From contig CM082583.2 in NCBI GenBank assembly GCA_040954595.2, forward strand, positions 12,123,451 through 12,134,278: a stretch of DNA of 10,828 nt. The letters are read 5' to 3'. The position numbers were made by a program, and so were the translations under genes. The notes under the pieces were generated by a model. The model did not search any database. It saw only the letters and a list, made by a program, of their open reading frames with translations, and had not been told where the DNA came from. Positions within the stretch are counted from its first letter, which is position 1; every line of letters begins with the position of its first letter. This document shows positions 1 to 10,828 of the stretch, piece by piece. Source of the DNA: Balanoglossus misakiensis. Its lineage: Eukaryota; Animalia; Hemichordata.

Positions 1-703
1 GTCTGCTATCAAAGTCTTCTCCGCCGAGGTGAGTGTCTCCGGCCGTCGATCTCACTTCAAAGATGCCATCTTCGATTGTCAGGATGGAGACATCGAAAGT
101 ACCACCGCCCAGGTCGAAGATCAGGACATTTTTCTCTCCTTTAAGTTTTTTGTCGAGGCCGTAAGCCAGTGCAGCCGCCGTGGGTTCGTTGATGATTCGC
201 ATGACATTGAGACCGGCGATTGTTCCAGCGTCTTTCGTGGCCTGTCTCTGAGCGTCGTTGAAATAAGCTGGCACGGTGACTACGGCGTTTTTCACTTGCT
301 GTCCCAAATAAGCTTCGGCGGTCTCCTTCATTTTGGTAAGAACCATACTGCTGATTTCTTCTGGGTTGAAAGTCTTGTCTTCTCCCTTGAATTCCACTTG
401 CAATTTCGGCTTGCCGCTCTGGTTGATGACTTTGAACGGCCAGAGTTTCTTGTCGGCCTGCACGGACGCGTCGTCATATCGACGTCCGATCAGGCGCTTG
501 GCATCGAAGATAGAATTCTTGGGGTTCATAGCTACCTGGCCCTTGGCTGCATCGCCGATCAGTCGTTCGGAGTCGGTGAAAGCCACGTAGCTTGGCGTCG
601 TTCTGTTGCCTTGGTCATTGGCGATGATCTCCACTTTACCATGCTGGAAAACTCCAACGCAGGAGTATGTAGTACCCAAGTCGATTCCAACCGCTGATGT
701 CAT
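1..703 (-). CDS. HSP70: Cytosolic HSP70, N-terminal ATPase domain, intronless within the window, likely stress-inducible; 3'-truncated by the window edge
   Basis: Manual translation from ATG at 703-701 (context GCGAAAATG): [54 protein letters not shown]...[20 protein letters not shown]...[17 protein letters not shown]...[14 protein letters not shown]...[14 protein letters not shown]. This contains the HSP70 signatures IDLGTTYS and [14 protein letters not shown], 234 uninterrupted codons, and upstream HSEs. Confidence 0.98.
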   Translation of the reverse strand, partial: MTSAVGIDLGTTYSCVGVFQHGKVEIIANDQGNRTTPSYVAFTDSERLIGDAAKGQVAMNPKNSIFDAKRLIGRRYDDASVQADKKLWPFKVINQSGKPKLQVEFKGEDKTFNPEEISSMVLTKMKETAEAYLGQQVKNAVVTVPAYFNDAQRQATKDAGTIAGLNVMRIINEPTAAALAYGLDKKLKGEKNVLIFDLGGGTFDVSILTIEDGIFEVRSTAGDTHLGGEDFDSR

Positions 704-799
704 TTTCGCTGTCGTCGATCAATTTCAACTGTGCGCGTGTCTGAATATGCTCGTCGTCGCCGCTTCTCGGAGACTATCTGTCTTGAGCGTTTTTGTTTC

Positions 800-838
800 G
801 AATTGTGGTTGTTGGTTGCGAGGCGTGCCATATTTAAA
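800..838 (-). promoter_or_regulatory. HSP70 core promoter: TATA-like box and putative initiator
   Basis: Minus strand reads TTTAAATA (838-831), then CACAATTC (807-800) about 32-34 nt downstream. No upstream ATG in the ~100-nt leader before the start codon. Confidence 0.65.
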
Positions 839-845
839 GACATAG

Positions 846-875
846 CGAACTTTCTCGATCAGAACTTTCTCGACC
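846..875. promoter_or_regulatory. Proximal heat shock elements (two tandem copies)
   Basis: cGAActTTCtcGATc (846-860) and aGAActTTCtcGACc (861-875), each nGAAnnTTCnnGA(A>T/C)n, immediately upstream of the TATA-like box. Confidence 0.85.
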
Positions 876-893
876 ACTCGACTGGCCCACAGG

Positions 894-923
894 ATTCTAG
901 ATCATTCGCCCAGGATCTCGAAA
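894..923. promoter_or_regulatory. Degenerate heat shock element
   Basis: Pentamer cores in 5-bp register: TTC 895, GAT 900, TTC 905, ATC 915, GAA 920. Confidence 0.5.
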
Positions 924-1009
924 ATAGTCGCGTTTCAGATAGCTTTGGTATCAGATTCAGGAATATTCTCGAAAGTTCTCGTATCGCAGATAGCTTTGGT
1001 ATCAGATTC
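916..1009. repeat. 51-bp-period tandem duplication in the HSP70 promoter
   Basis: CAGATAGCTTTGGTATCAGATTC is identical at 936-958 and 987-1009; TCTCGAAA is identical at 916-923 and 967-974; both offsets are 51 bp. Confidence 0.9.
955..979. promoter_or_regulatory. Perfect five-pentamer heat shock element
   Basis: aTTCagGAAtaTTCtcGAAagTTCt: five consecutive perfect alternating nGAAn/nTTCn units, followed by a degenerate sixth (cGTAt). Confidence 0.93.
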
Positions 1010-1300
1010 GTTTTCGGATTCATAATCTTCTTGCCTACTGGGGGCGCTGCGCTACACTCCATTGTCCCAGATACATCAGACTGTATGTAATAACTGTATT
1101 TCATGAATTCCTTTGGTCACTAGATTGCCTACTATCGCATTTGAAATGGAGATTATTAAATATTGAATGTTGAATATTAAAACTGAGTGCACAGTTTATT
1201 TAAGTAGGCAGTTGGTAGCAGCAGAAAGGAATGGAAAACGATAGCTGAAGAGTGAGACATTGAAAGCAAGGAAAACAGAGTGGGAGACTACTAATCTACT

Positions 1301-1394
1301 ACTGAAAACACAACACACCAATTATTGATAGCAAACTTTTTATTTCTGTCATTTTGACATAAATATTTACATTTTATTATGTAAGCACTTTATT
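1301..1394 (-). terminator. Polyadenylation signal cluster of the CHD gene
   Basis: Minus-strand AATAAA at 1394-1389, 1378-1373 and 1344-1339, followed by a GT-rich downstream element TGGTGTGTTGTGTTTT (1320-1305). A further AATAAA lies at 1200-1195. Confidence 0.7.
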
Positions 1395-2373
1395 TTACAC
1401 TCACAAAGCAATGAAAAAAATGAAACAAAAATATTGAAGAAAATCTTTGGAGAACAACACAATTATATACAGATTTTTGTCATCTGTGAAGGAAGCTTCT
1501 CTCTTTAATTTATAACACACAGTGAAGCGAAATAAGGGAAATCTTGAGCTGAAAGAGAGTTGTCAGGTTCTTTTGCAGTTGAGGCAGTATGGGTTTCTTT
1601 GCTTGGTCTAGTCTCGTGTTGACCAATTTTTTCTCAATTTATAACAATGCTGAGACCAGCCATCATTTTACAGGTATCCAGTGTTCACTTTGCACATCAA
1701 ATTAATTCCTTCGTTTCACTTTTGTAAGAAACAATCAATTACTTGGCATTATTTCGCTTTGGTCCAAAATGAGGAGCAAGATACCCTAGTTTCAAAATAT
1801 TTACCAAAACCCAATCCACGGGCCTTCCAAAAATGTCACCTTCAAAGGCAGGTGAAATAAAAGGTAAAGTGCTGCCTAGTCCAGTCAACGGAATTCACCA
1901 CCACCACCTCTCTCCATGAGACAATTTTCCTTGGAAAAACAACACAGAACACTGACTTGGGGCAGTGACGATAACAAATCAGTACGATACAGTACAGAGT
2001 ATAATCAAACCACCACCACTTTGGCCTACGCACATACAAATCTCTCTCTTGAAAAAATAGAGTAAGAAGTTCATTGCACAAACTAAATCTTGTATGTACT
2101 TTTAGTCTCTGATGAGAAAACCAAAGTAAGCTTGCTTTGAGTCATTTGCATAATAAGATACAGTGATACAGCTGCTGTCGTTGAAAATCCTGTACACATC
2201 ATTGCCTTCATATCTGGCTTGATGCAATAACTGACATCTTGTCACGTCAATGTCCTTGAGACACACAATCGTTTATCAGCAGCTTGATTCAGTGGTCATT
2301 CACAGCTCTCAGGCAATTTTTAAAAAAAAAGTAATCTGTTGCAACTCTTGATTCTTGCTGTCATGGTGACGTG
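1321..2373 (-). other. Putative CHD 3'UTR (~1.05 kb)
   Basis: AT-rich non-coding stretch between the stop codon (2376-2374) and the AATAAA/GT-rich cluster; the exact end is inferred. Confidence 0.65.

Positions 2374-10828
<8,455 letters not shown>

Noticed and set aside
29-697. 222-aa plus-strand ORF ([15 protein letters not shown]...) of the kind often annotated as NAD-specific glutamate dehydrogenase
   Set aside because: It is the codon-aligned antisense shadow of HSP70, a well-known recurrent artefact of HSP70/DnaK conservation and codon usage. It starts at GTG and has no independent promoter evidence.
936-1009. Two identical 23-bp repeats with a 28-bp spacer, superficially CRISPR-like
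   Set aside because: Only two copies, eukaryotic context, no cas genes; the spacer is an HSE and similarity extends beyond the repeat, as in a tandem duplication.
731-1104. ORFs 731..1090 (+) and 859..1104 (-) with 17-aa internal repeats
   Set aside because: The peptide repeats merely reflect the 51-bp and 15-bp promoter duplications, both multiples of three. The sequence is better explained as an HSE array.
2073-2079. GTGCAAT on the mRNA strand, a miR-92-family seed match in the CHD 3'UTR
   Set aside because: A single 7-mer in 1 kb is unremarkable when many seeds are considered; conservation data would be needed.

Overview
Eukaryotic (animal, probably invertebrate bilaterian) genomic DNA with two tandem minus-strand genes. 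The right part (2374 to >10828) is the 3' portion of an intron-rich CHD1/CHD2-type chromatin remodeller. I traced 25 GT-AG exons that join in frame into about 1208 aa: SNF2 ATPase with DEAH box, helicase-C lobe, SANT/SLIDE-like DNA-binding region, CHCT/DUF4208-like domain and a His/Arg/Asp/Ser-rich tail. Its ~1 kb 3'UTR ends at an AATAAA cluster near 1320-1394. About 300-500 bp further on lies the heat-shock-element-rich promoter of an HSP70 gene (ATG at 703), intronless within the window and running off the left edge; the ORF track shows only its antisense shadow. The most unusual region is the one outsized CHD intron (2994-3959, 966 nt versus 114-282 nt for all others). It hides an in-frame 156-nt exon with alternative internal donors, a candidate 13-nt micro-exon whose splice sites pair with each other, an exon-intron duplex, several hairpins whose G-U pairs favour the pre-mRNA strand, and an intronic AATAAA. 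Together these suggest an RNA-structure-controlled switch for the CHD C-terminal tail. All RNA structures were paired by eye, not computed, and function is inferred.
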